DNA from: Aplysia californica | Lineage: Eukaryota | Reading direction: 5' to 3' | DNA: 64,000 nt | NCBI RefSeq assembly: GCF_000002075.1 | Contig: NW_004797759.1 | Location: 287,037-351,036, forward strand | Shown: positions 1 to 13,100 of the stretch, in pieces | How the letters are laid out: each line of letters starts with the position of its first letter | Position numbering within the stretch: position 1 is the stretch's first letter | The notes under the pieces: model-generated | Told to the model about the DNA's origin: nothing | Databases searched by the model: none | Seen by the model: only the letters and a program-made list of their open reading frames with translations | Program-made: the position numbers and the translations under genes

Positions 1-309
1 GTGGTGGTGGGGGTGAACGATTTTGTTTTGTTTTTCTGTTGTCACAAAGACGCGACAAAAAAGGGTCAGGCTGAAATAAGAAAGAAAAAAAATCTCACAA
101 CAGTTGAGATCTTTTAAAAATGTGAGCGACAACACACCGAGAATGATTTTTAAACCCCTGTGTTTGTTGTGTGTTAACGTTTCCGTTTTGTGTTTCAATC
201 TGAGCGAAATTGCTCTCATGGTCAAGAGGCATGGAGGAGTTTGTCACAAGGAAAGGAAAGATTTATGTCTTCGTTGACGTGTATATATCTATTCCGAAAA
301 AAAACCCCG

Positions 310-490
310 TTACTTTAACTTTAACTTTTATCCGCCGCTTATACCCTTTTGAGTGTCACGGGAAGAAAGAGACGTCTCTGTCGCCAGCCGGAGAGCTTGG
401 GCCAGGAGGATGCCGTGGGTGGTTAATGTTTCCCTGACTCCGTCTATCCAGGTCTTTCTCGGTCGCCCTCTAGCCTTGTTGCCATCGAAT
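310..490 (-). mobile_element. RTE-clade LINE 3' fragment
   Basis: Translates GNKARGRPRKTWIDGVRE (RTE C-terminal RGRP..W motif), followed by a short (AAGTTA)n tail. Confidence 0.6.
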
Positions 491-548
491 TTTTTTCCTG
501 AAAAAAAAGACAATTAAAATTAAGACTCTTATCAAACAACCAAAATCT

Positions 549-738
549 GTGAAGAAGTTCCGCAGAGGGCCGGCCGACCAATAACATACAAAACAGGGGA
601 TACTTTGAGCGGGATATACCCTAACCCTAAACACTAACCCTAACCCTGTCCCTATATAACCCTAACCCTAACTCTTGTTATAGTTTGCTCTGTGGACCTT
701 TTCACGCTAAGTGCCGGCCCCCCTCCGGAACTCCTCCC
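549..738. mobile_element. Small inverted-repeat element containing (CCCTAA)n
   Basis: GAAGTTCCGCAGAGGGCCGGC at left vs reverse complement of GCCGGCCCCCTCCGGAACTCC at right; several CCCTAA units at about 618-672. Confidence 0.5.
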
Positions 739-950
739 AAAATTTGAAAATGGTCTTCAGAGTAATTGGGGTTTAAATCGTTTCTAGCAACAAGATCACC
801 AACGAACAATTCTTTTTTCGTGTACCAAGTGACCATAATCACAGAGCAGAAATTGGCTACCATTAAGACAATACAGAGACAAAGCGTAGCAAAAGGAGCG
901 GTAATTAAAGAGGAAAGCGGCTGAAGATTTGACCTCGAAGCCTAAATACT

Positions 951-952
<2 letters not shown>

Positions 953-1038
<86 letters not shown>
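953..1038. repeat. (GA)n microsatellite
   Basis: Direct reading. Confidence 0.95.
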
Positions 1039-1539
1039 GGAAAAATAAGGTACACTTGAGAAGTGTCAAAGACATTTTTCACGACATGTCATTGTACAAA
1101 ACAAATTTAAGTTATAATTAGAAAAAAAAAAGTAGAGGAATCGACTTTCTTACTGATTGATGACACTAAACAATAAAAAAAAACAACAAACAAACGACCT
1201 GAGTACTACAAAAGACATTTTGGAAGCTATTATAGGCATCACACTTAATCGCAGTGTTCTGAAAAATTTCAGATGTCAGAGAAGACTTAAATAGCAATGA
1301 TAATAATAATATAATAATAATACATATTATGTAGTGACATGCATTTGAACTGAGCATACCTTTGACCGAAGCTATGGGCCATGCATGCATGCGCTTCACA
1401 GCTCATTATAATATTACAACCCCAGAAGACCCTATGATAATTCCGAAATTTTCTCAACTTCCTCTGAAGTCTCACGCATTCGATGCCAGGCTATAGGATC
1501 TTTCTTAGCCTAGCGATTCAATTCCGTAATTTAGTGCAC

Positions 1540-2033
1540 GCTGCCAATTTGTATGGCTCTTTTCGTCTACGCAGACGATCAATGTGCTTAGCTTAAAATG
1601 GTCTCAAGCTTCTTTCATGGCAAATTCTTCCTATGTTTGAAGCGCAGATTCTGTCGCAGTGCTTGCATGTCAGTGAGGTAGATTGAAGCTCTGTATCTCC
1701 GCTGTTTTCCTTTCGTGGTTTGCGCTTTTCAGCCTGGTTGTTTCTGAGGCTGCTCTCTAGTATTATAGTGCTTTTTAAAATCATTTTCCTCCATGATTTC
1801 CTGTCCTCAGCTCTTTCTTCCCAGGTGCTGACATCTAGGCCTACTCCAAGCTTAGATAGGCTGTTTTTGTAGCAGTCTTACTCTTTGTCCCTTAATTTTG
1901 GCCTTCCTCTTGGTTTCTTTCCCTGAGAAAATGTTCTGTAATATAGAGCTGCCATTTTGTATGGCTCTTTTCGTCTACGCAGACGGTCAATGTGCTTAGC
2001 TTAAAATGGTCTCAAGCTTCTTTCATGGCAAAT
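1540..2033 (-). mobile_element. RTE-clade LINE 3' fragment with duplicated 86-bp 3' end
   Basis: GKKPRGRPKLR, WEERAEDRKSWR and CKHCDRICASNIGRICHERS zinc-finger end; 1540-1625 repeated at 1948-2033. Confidence 0.7.
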
Positions 2034-2185
2034 ATACCAAGTCTTGTCACTGCTAAAGGGCTTTAATTTCCTCTGTCGTAGCCATAGCCGAGTAAACATC
2101 CCCACCCTGGGGAAAGAAGTAAGTGAATTTACTTTTATAATAATGTCATTTTTTCAATTCTTTCTCAATGATTGCTCCCTTTCAG

Positions 2186-2332
2186 TGGCCAGCTCCCAAA
2201 TCCTCGACTGCAACTTCGACAAAGATTTTTGTTCATGGACGCAAGATACGACTGATCAAAAGGACTGGGCACGACAGGCCAACGGAACAGCTACTCAAGG
2301 GACAGGACCAAGCCAGGATCACACTTCTGGGC
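2186..2332 (+). CDS. Exon 1, MAM1 N-part ([18 protein letters not shown]...[10 protein letters not shown])
   Basis: ttcag acceptor, gtatgt donor, phase 1-1. Confidence 0.9.
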
Positions 2333-4798
2333 GTATGTGTGCAATTCTAGTCATTTTTATGTAATTCTTTAAACATAATAATAATATTAATAATAATAAA
2401 TAGCTTTTGTATAGCGCATATCCCCACTCAATAGCAGGCTCTATGCGCTTTACACTATATTATCAGTTAGTTAACCCTATCCATAAGTCATATTTTGCTA
2501 TTGTATCCATACGACATGGGGAGCTCTGTGCTCCCACTTTCCAAAGAGGAAATTTATTATTTACTATTTGCATAGCAGTCTGTCAAAATGATTTTTTGAG
2601 AAATACTGAAAGTTTCAAAGAGATCTCCATACTAGAAGTATTCTAAAATGTGAAGAATACAACCCCGGGGGTACAAAATGACCCCAGGGCGTACGGATAG
2701 GTTTGAAAAGCCTAAGTATTTCGTAAGTTTTTATAATATCTTGATCTGTGGATTGTTTTATAAAATTGAAAAGTTTTCCCTTTTATTTGAAGACAAAAAA
2801 AAAAGCAGGAGGGTGCTATATTCATTTCAATAATAAGCGTAAGTATCTAGATCTGTAGAGGGTGCGGCATAGTGGTTAGTGCGCTTGTCTCCAAAGAGAA
2901 AAGTACGGGTTCGTGCCTCGGTTGGGACACAGATTTTTTCGTCCCCTCCTGCACACCCAGCAGCAATGGACCTGACTTCGAGTTGGGGAAGTAAAGGCAG
3001 TGTGGAAAGGAACTGGCCACCCTACCACAATATGCCGAGGGCCCAGGAAGTTGTCTCACTAAAAAGACAATCCGGATCGGATGCAGGAACAACTTTACTT
3101 TTTATCTTGATCTGTGGATTTTTTGATAAAATCAAAAAGTTTTCCCCTATTATTCGATGAAAAAGAGCAGGCTTCAGTCCAATGTTTGTAGAGGTGTTGT
3201 GGGTATGAACCCCGTTTGTCGTTTTTTCACTTGGTTTTTATTGTATTTTCCTCAACTATTGCTATTTTGTATGTTTTAAATATTAGTAATGACAATGAAA
3301 TGTCATTCATTCATCTGTTTAGCCATCCTACTTCTTTTTGGTTTGTTTGGAAGTGGCTACGATTCTTTAGGTAGGTCTACCCCCCCACCATCTATATATT
3401 TATATAACCCGATACCCGTTCCTACCACAATATGCCAAAGGCCCAGGAAGTTGTCTCACTAATAAGGCAGTCCCCAATGTCCGGATCAGATGCAGGAACA
3501 ACTTTACTTTTTACCCATTCCTACCTGGGTGAAGTGAGGATAATTCAAGCAAAGTTCCTTTCCCAAGCACAAAATGTTGGGCCTTTGATGGGATTTGAAC
3601 CCACAACCTTTCAGTTGTTAGCCCTACAAATTATCACTAGATACCTATGCTACATGTATCTTATCTATAGGAGAAACATTGTGCTCTCAGTGTTAGTAAG
3701 GATGTAGGCTTACTTGTTGTTCATACAATTTTGTGCAGATGGATATTACGCCTACTTGGAGACGTCGACTGGTTTCCGAGGCAGTTCTGCACAGTTGATC
3801 AGTCCGAAAATCACTGTTGGAACGGGAAAAGCCTGCTTAACATTTTGGTATCACATGTATGGACCTCATGTTGCTGACTTAAATGTCTATGGGTAAGAAT
3901 TTTAGATTTCCCTCTTTTTTTCTAAATCTTAAAAAATTTTGTTTAGTATTTTAAGGCAAGACCTTATAAATCTCTGTAAAATTAGCTTACAAAAGTTGGA
4001 AATAATCTTCAAGCTGGTTAGACATTTTTCTGATCAGAAAAGTCTTAATTTTTTTTCAATACTCTTCATTTATCTTGTGATGTTAGTTCAGTAGAATGTC
4101 AACATAATAGAGAGAAACACACACACATATAATATATATATANNNNNNNNNNNNNNNNNNNNNNNNNNNNNNNNNNNNNNNNNNNNNNNNNNNNNNNNNN
4201 NNNNNNNNNNNNNNNNNNNNNNNNNNNNNNNNNNNNNNNNNNNNNNNNNNNNNNNNNNNNNNNNNNNNNNNNNNNNNNNNNNNNNNNNNNNNNNNNNNNN
4301 NNNNNNNNNNNNNNNNNNNNNNNNNNNNNNNNNNNNNNNNNNNNNNNNNNNNNNNNNNNNNNNNNTGTGTGTGTGTGTGGAATCAGGCGCTTGTCAGCAT
4401 GTGGGGTTATAGGTATCATCTTAAAGCCAGTCCATTTGCCTTTCTTCTGATGAAAAAAAATATTCCTTTATCTTGGGTACTAGTCAAGATATTGGTGACT
4501 GAAGGAGGTTTGGGCAGCCTGGTTCAGAGGTAAAATTAGGGCGAAAATGGCCACCATAGTTGAGTTATTTCCTAAGCTTGAGAGACCGTGGAAACTGAAA
4601 TTTTACATCTTTTATGCCTTTAATCAACGTATTTCAGTAAATTACAAACAGAAATGTGTTCTTTAATGGGCATGAAAGGTGTTTAGCTGAGAAAAAAAAT
4701 CAGATAAAAATCCCCTAACCTGCCCCCAAAAATGCCAGTTTCTTGACTTTCAATATTTTGAAGAGCACCTGATTTCACCATGCTGACTCACACACACA

Positions 4799-4835
<37 letters not shown>

Positions 4836-7108
4836 ATTATGCCACCATTACAGCTTATTGAGTAAATGTGATGAAAAGGGTCAAAGAAATCTAAAGCATT
4901 CGTGTTATAGTACCATTAATCCCCTTTTTTGTGATCTCAACAACTCTGTTGATTGTAATTTGAAGTTGATGTTTCTTTGACCTAGTCCTACAAACAAGAT
5001 TATATGGAATCGTAACGGGAACCAGAACAATATTTGGAAGCAGGCCAGCGTGGATGTGTCTGCCGGTTCCAGTTTTTCTGTAAGTTTCTCTTTTTCTCTG
5101 TATCTTTAGGGGGCCTTTCTAAAGCCCAAACAAGTGTAGTGAGACGATGATTAAAGATGGACATTATAATGCACAATTAAAATTTTTGAAAGGAGGTGGA
5201 GAAAAATATTTCTTANNNNNNNNNNNNNNNNNNNNNNNNNNNNNNNNNNNNNNNNNNNNNNNNNNNNNNNNNNNNNNNNNNNNNNNNNNNNNNNNNNNNN
5301 NNNNNNNNNNNNNNNNNNNNNNNNNNNNNNNNNNNNNNNNNNNNNNNNATCCTCAGCATCACCACCATTACCAATGATGATGTAGATGATGATGATGATG
5401 ATGATGATCATCATCATCATCGATGCGAATGGAGTTATTTGGACGAGTGGAGGTGCCTCTAAGTATATTGACAATGGAGCCGAAAAAGAGCCTCACTCTC
5501 GCTCGAAGATTTCTTGTGGAGTCTGCCAGGCCCATTAAGGAAACAAAAAAAACCATCATCATTATTTAGAAAAGTACAAATCCTCAGCACCCCCACCATT
5601 ACCTGTCCCTGTTATTTTAAGCAAGAAAAATTCTGAAAATTTTGCAAACTGAGCCAAAAAATATGAAATTATACGAATCTGTTAATTTTAACAAAGAATG
5701 ATAAAGGAAAATAATCAGAAATTAAGTAAAAAATGATCAAATTTTGCTAAATTATGGGGGGTGCATAAAACCACGGGGACAGCATTATCAATCATCATCT
5801 TCATCATCATCATCTCGAAGATGTGTATTCTGGGTACTCCAATAAGCAGGAACAAAGTATCACATGTCGCTGGGACCAAGTTGAGCTAGTGAGACTGCGG
5901 TCGGACCATCATGGGAGCTTGAGATGGTATAAGAACTTTTTAAATGAAGAGTTCAGGCCATGTTGCCGAAGATGCAGCCATGAAATGGAGGATGTCAAAC
6001 ATAAGTTTGAATGTCCAGGAACAATGGCAATTCGAGAGAGAGTGGCTACGACGAGTGGAGGTGCCTCTAAGTATATTGACAATGGAGCCAAAAAAGAGCC
6101 TCGCTCTAGCTAGAAGATTTCATCGTGGAGTCCACCAGGCCCATTAAGGAAGCAAAACCATCATCATCATCATCATCATTATCATCATCAAATTGTAAGC
6201 ACGATAATATAAAAAGCTAAAAATTGGTAGAGACCTGAGTATTTCAATATTCATTGCACTGTAAAAAATATCTAAGTTCAATATTTCGCCCTGTGGGGTG
6301 CATTGCGAAAGTGGTAAATTGATATTATAATAAAAATACTTTGGAAATAAAACCATACATTACTTACACTATGATGTGCTATGGTGCTGTACCAAATTGA
6401 GTTAATTTTACTCTTTGTTATATTTTTTTGACAGATGTAATCTTCTTGATGTTGTGTATTTGAAAAGTCCTTTCTCTTATTTTTCAAATTTATGTCACAA
6501 TAAATTTTTGGTGTTTTTTTGAGAAAAAAATCACAGGTTTTTTCCCATAGATGTGAGATTTTAAAATTTGTTTCATTTCCAGATAAAAATAGAAGCAGTG
6601 AGAGGGACTGGAATCAAAGGAGACATTGCCATTGATGATATTGTATTTAAAAATTCTGGTCCTTGTCAAGCAGGTGAGATTCAGTATAAAAAGAGAAAAT
6701 GTTCATATTTAATTCTTGATGTAATAGTTTCAGTAGAAGAAAATAATTTATGTTTCCATAATTGTCCTCTAGATGGGATGTATTGGATGAATGTTATGTG
6801 TCTAAGACTAAGAGTAAAGTTATAGACTGTGACTATTTAAGTATGAAACATAACAAAGTATCAAAAGAAATGTTTTAATCATATTTCGATTACACAGAAT
6901 CCATCCAAGCTGTAGACCATCATGAGTTTGTATGTGCGTATGTTCGTCTGTGAGTATGTAAGTGTGTGAAGGTGCGTGAGTGCATGAGTATGTGTGTGCA
7001 CGCATATGTAATACTACGTGCCTATAAAATTGATGTGTAAATCCATGATATGTTTCATGTTTAGTGCATAGAGCATTGTATAAGTGGATATGCACTATGA
7101 ATGCAATC

Positions 7109-7156
<48 letters not shown>

Positions 7157-10100
7157 GGGTCAGGGAAGCTATTTATCAACTTTTGTCCCCTCACCCCCCC
7201 CAGCCTACCTTGATTTTCCATTTAAGAGACATTAGTTGAACTCAAGTTGGATTATTTTGTAGAAGATCAATCTGGTTAGTTTAGTTGTCTCACCTTTTGT
7301 AGTAAGTATGGCTAAAAAAAACAACCCATTATAATTATAGTCATGGAAAGGTGAAATCATGGCAAATGGAGTGCATGAAAATAGTAAAGAAAGTAATGAT
7401 ACAATGTCAGTTACCACTAATCACAGGGAACTGCCTCTACAAATTTAGTGCATCAGTATACCCGAGAAAGAGTAGATAAAGGGTACGAGGTATAACTTTT
7501 CTAAATTTGTTTGTATGAAATGGCTCTGTTTCTCAAAGAATGCCAGATTAAATGAAAATATAGTTTGGCATGCAGAGAGCAAAATTGATGGGATACAGTA
7601 ATTTTTTCATTATGTAAGAATTTTCTTTTACACACTGCACATGTTTTAAATACAAAGAAATGCATGCATCAGAAAAAATTCGAGATTTAAAAACATGATT
7701 GCTATGAGTGTGGCTATGTGAATGTTCATAATGAACAGGCACGGGCACACACATACACATTGTATGTGTGCTAGAATGCATTTCTGAGATTTTGGAAATT
7801 AACTGTTTCCAGACAGCTATGCAGAGTCATCTTAAGTATTTTCTTGTAAATGCTGAACTTTCCTCACACTGCACTTTTTCTTCAGCTGGATCATCTTCAA
7901 TCGCTTGTGATTTTGAGACTTCTAGTATTTGTGGATACAAATTTGACTCTGCGGGTAACTTCAACTGGACCTGGAGGGCTGGCTCTTTTCCTGCCACTGA
8001 CCACACGACTCAAACCGCCAGTGGTAAGTCATAGTGAAACATTTGTCTTTTCCTGTCACTGATCACACTACTCTTAGTTTTAGTAGAGGGCTTTACACCG
8101 CTCACAACTGCATAAGGTCATATGAGCGTCAAAGGGTGGGTGTCAACAGAAAAGTCTTTACAGGGAAATCAGACTTACTCTGCTCACCTCTCTAGCTTCA
8201 ACAGCACAAAGTGTGCTTTAACTATCAAGGCACCCCGAAAATAGCAGGTCACAAGAGTGTGACAAACGTACAAAAGAAGTAGAGGAAAATTACAATAGTA
8301 AGGATTAGGAAAGAAAAAGCAGCAGTTCCCTGTTGGAGATCAGGCACAGTTAGTTATGAGCGGGACTCACACTACTCCGTCAGTGGAAAGTAACAGTACT
8401 GATCCCACTACTCAAACCACAAATGGTAAGTAACAGACAAAAAACTTGTCTCCCCCCCACGGTACTGACCACATGACTCAAACCACCAATGGTAGGTCAG
8501 TAAAACACTTGTCTTTATGTTATTCTTCCGTCTCATTTCTTTGTTGTTGTTGTTTGTTTTTTAAATTTTACTTTTTTGACTGACACTTCCTTTGCGTCTG
8601 GTTAGGTAGTGGACTGACAAGAACAAAGTGTCTTCAACTCTTAGGTAGCGGAATTTATTTCTCTATTCAAGCCGTAGGGCTTGAACTCAGATACACAATC
8701 TTGAGTTGCCTTTTGTTAATGAATCGCAGATTTCAAAGTGTACTATACTCATGTAGTAACTTAAAAATTATTGTGGTACCAGATGGTGAAGAAAAGCAAA
8801 TGTAAGCAAAATTAGACTCAAACTTTGCTTCAAAATCTTTATTTTGAATGAAATAGAGTGACAATTTAACAATCTTTTCGTTTATTTTAACAACATGTTT
8901 AAATAAATTTTGCCAGGGCACTTTCTTGTGGCTCGCGTCTCTGGAACCAGAGGTAGGGCCCAGAGAGCGAAACTTGTTAGCCCCAGTTTTCCTCGATCGA
9001 GCAGTCAACGTTGCTTGCAGTTTTGGTATACCATACCTGGATCTACCGGAAGTCTAAGCGTAGTTGTTGGAAGTCCATCATCAACAGGGGTGTCTTGGTC
9101 AGGGCGATCACCAGTCAATACGTGGATGATTGGTCAAGTGAATATTCCGACAGGAAGTGGACAAATTCAGGTTTGTCATTTTGCTTGTTCTTTGGTAGGC
9201 ATCACTGCTACTTTAATTTAAAAAAATAATAGAATATTGTGGCGTTAGTGGCCTAGTGGTTAGGATCTTGGACATGCAATAAGAATGTCATGTGTTCGGA
9301 TCTTGTCAGGGACCCTACACTGTGTCTGTAGAAAAGGCTCTTTACACGACAAATTTTCCTCACTTCACCCAGGTACAAATACCTACTCGGATGTAGACAA
9401 AGAAAGATCTTGTCAGTTTTGTTAGTGTTTGAGTGCGTGCAATCTGCAGCTTGCAGCTTGCTCTGTATGTTTCCAGGAAAGCGAAGAATGTTTCTGAGTG
9501 TTCTAGGGTCTGCTGGGGTAATACGGGTTGTAAAGCACGTAGAACAAGCTGTAGAGCATGGATATGCGTTATGTAAATGCAATTATTATTATTGTTATCT
9601 GCAATCATCAACACACTTCTATATATAAAATACGTCATTAAATGTATGAAAGATACTGAAATTTTTAAAAGAGCTTTAGGAAACCAGATCATTCTCATTT
9701 ATTTCAAACTTTTCTTGCTTGATTTTTTTTGTTTGTTTGCTCTTTTTGTGTCTGTCAATTGTCTGCTGTAAATGATTGTACAGCTCTCAGAGCTTTTTTC
9801 TTAAAGGGAAGGAGGTTTATATAATTGCTATTTAATATTATCATTTAAAACATTTCTTGTGAAAATGAAAAAAGAGCAGTGAGAATAGGGGGATGTAAGT
9901 CTCCTGTAATTATACTGATTCTATTTTGAGTGAATATCTTAGCAATTAATTAAATGCAAATGAGCTGATTTCTGTTTGGAAATTACTTGCTCTTTTTGGA
10001 ATGATGTTCACTTTTGTGTATGTTTAGTGCTCTATTTCAAAATGATATGCATCTTTGTAATTCTTTTTGGGAATATATTATGCTTTTTGTGCCTGTTCAG

Positions 10101-13100
10101 GACTGGTGTACACTTTTGTGCTTTATGTGAGAATGCTTTGCATTGTTAAGCTCAATTTTGAAATCATATAGGTTTGTGTGCTCTATCAGAGAATGATGTA
10201 TTTTTTGGGGTGCTATATTTGGGACAGGCTTCTTTCACGGCTCAGATAGCACCCTTCGGAACAAGTGTTGTAGCAATAGATGATGTTTCCATCAGACCAG
10301 GACAATGCAGAGCAATTGGTAAGTTTAGTATTGTTCATCAGGAACAATTTGCATTTAATTTGACAATTTGCTACATGAAATGATAATTAGGTTTGAAATA
10401 TTTGTCTTTGCAATAGGTTTCTAAGACAGAGATGCTCGTATCGGTATGACTCCCTGCATTTTTAATACTATTGCAGAAAAATAATCATTGCTTTTAAGCA
10501 AGCTCTTTGTTTTAAAAAATTTGTTTTTTATTCTTCAAATTAACATTAATGCAGGCTCCATCTACATTTTGGTTTGAAAAATCATCTAGTGTAGTGACTC
10601 TTTATTCTTGTCAATTACATAGACTCACTTTTACTTTTTCATCCTCTGTTGCTGTTAAGCGTCGAGGGGAGATGCAGTTTTCTATGGTAGGTCAGCTCCA
10701 CAGCTCTTTCTTTCGATTGGAATATCACAATCATTGAAGTATTCCTTTATTATTGCAGGTTTTTGCGACTTCGAGAACAACGACTTTTGCCTGTATTCAA
10801 ATGACCCTGCTGATCAGTTTGACTGGATTGTCAGACAGGGTAGCACAGGGACTTATGGAACAGGGCCTTCTTCAGATTTCACATTTTCTAATAGCAGTGG
10901 TACGTACATATTTTTGAAAGACATACTTGCAAAATCTCCTTGTAGGTGAGACAAGTCGGAATTGAGTGCATCCTGGGAAAAGGGTATATTTTTCAGAAAT
11001 TCCAAATGCCTTTCTGATTTTCTTTTAAGATAACCTTTGCTTAATAATCCTGTCATACACGGCTGAGATATCTTTCTTACTTCTTTTTCTTTGTCTTTTT
11101 ATAAGTATAGACATGGCTATTATTGTAAGTCATGGTGAGTAACTATGGTTAGAAAAAGGAAATTACTAGTGAGTTTCCCTTTTTGCGTGTACTTAAAGAG
11201 TTGGATTTTGTCCTAGCAACATGAGACTTTATTTTCTCGTTTTTTTCTGTATCACCCAAAAGACATAGATTATACGAATCAAATCATGGTGGAATCAGAA
11301 GCTCCTCAAATTTTGGGCTTATAGAGTTCTTGGTATTGTCTTTAAGTTTGTTCATTTGTCTCTCTTCCGATGAAATTAATAAATACCAATGTATCTTGAA
11401 AAGAAATCTCGATATTTGCGATTGAAAGAGGTGGGGTTGCCTAGTACCAGAGGTAAGATTAGTGAGAAAATGGCTGCCAAATATTTTTCGTGCCTTTGAT
11501 CAACATTTTTCAGTAAAATCCACACAGAAATATGTTTCTGAAGGGACAGGAGAAATGTTGAGCCCCCCCCCCAAGATAAAAATTGCCTAACCGACAGCAA
11601 TACCTAGTACTCATTGGCACAATCGGTTTGTTTTAGTTTGGTAGGCAGGGCTAACCAGATTGAGGGCAAAGGAACAACTATATACATTTCGCTGCCAAGA
11701 GCGAAATGCTCGCAGCTAAAGGAATTTGAAAACAACAACAACGTATATGATGTAGCAGTTTTGAATCCAAAGTTGGAACACAAACAATGATTCATGAATA
11801 GAGGAAGGATAATTGTTGGTGGAGGTAACAGTCACTAAAATCTGTGTGCATTAGAAGCAGCAGGAGATGAATAGAAAGAAAAATCTTCAGCCATTAACCC
11901 ATCAAGCTTTGCTAACAAATAGCCTGTGGCGGCAGGGGAAATTTTAATCGAAACTGTCTGAGATGGTTATCCATAGTCGTGGTGAAAAGTGGACGTAAAT
12001 TTTACTCGGTGACATAATAATGTAAAAAAATATGCAAGGGGGTAAATAGGAAGGTGATTGTCTTATACTGGCGGCCATTAAGAGCAGGTTTGACTGTATA
12101 TGATTTCGCCACATCATGTTGGAAAATGCTTGAGAATAAACAAATAAGCAAGAAGAAGCCATAAACCTATACATTTTCAGAAAGTTGAATGTACTTTGGA
12201 AGTAAAGCTCATTTGTGAATATTCCAGTATTTTTTTCTTCTTCTGTGAACAGAGCACATACAGTAGACTTTAATTATATATTTTTTTAGCAGATTGTGTT
12301 AAATGAGTGCATATTGTCCCTAATTCCTCAGGTCACTACATATTCACGGATTCCGATCCTCCCAGAAAGCCTGGAGACTCTTCTCGACTGATCAGTACGT
12401 TGATTCCAGCAACTGGTGTTTCAAATTGTTTCAATTTTCGCTATAACATGCATGGCACAGATGTGGGAAGCCTTAATGTTTACCTCAAGAATGGTTCGGC
12501 GTCCTCTCTCGTGTGGACTCTTTCTGGAGACCAAGGGACTGGCTGGAAACTGGGCAGCTTTCCCATCCCAGGGACTTCCGGTACCGGCAACACATACCAG
12601 GTCAGTTCATTTGTGTGTGTTTTGAGTTCTGCCTCTTTGAATATTTAGACCAGCAGCTCATTTTCCACTCTGTTAGTGTGTAAAATAATAATAGTAATAA
12701 TAANNNNNNNNNNNNNNNNNNNNNNNNNNNNNNNNNNNNNNNNNNNNNNNNNNNNNNNNNNNNNNNNNNNNNNNNNNNNNNNNNNNNNNNNNNNNNNNNN
12801 NNNNNNNNNNNNNNNNNNNNNNNNNNNNNNNNNNNNNNNNNNNNNNNNNNNNNNNNNNNNNNNNNNNNNNNNNNNNNNNNNNNNNNNNNNNNNNNNNNNN
12901 NNNNNNNNNNNNNNNNNNNNNNNNNNNNNNNNNNNNNNNNNNNNNNNNNNNNNNNNNNNNNNNNNNNNNNNNNNNNNNNNNNNNNNNNNNNNNNNNNNNN
13001 NNNNNNNNNNNNNNNNNNNNNNNNNNNNNNNNNNNNNNNNNNNNNNNNNNNNNNNNNNNNNNNNNNNNNNNNNNNNNNNNNNNNNNNNNNNNNNNNNNNN

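Noticed and set aside
618-672. Chromosome telomere
   Set aside because: Only a few degenerate CCCTAA units, internal to an inverted-repeat element.
1-2185. Start codon or signal-peptide exon of the MAM gene
   Set aside because: No ATG-initiated hydrophobic exon with a phase-1 donor; the region is mostly TE-derived.
11620-12170. Possible LINE endonuclease relic
   Set aside because: Only vague motif resemblance with many stops; cannot be supported without a search.
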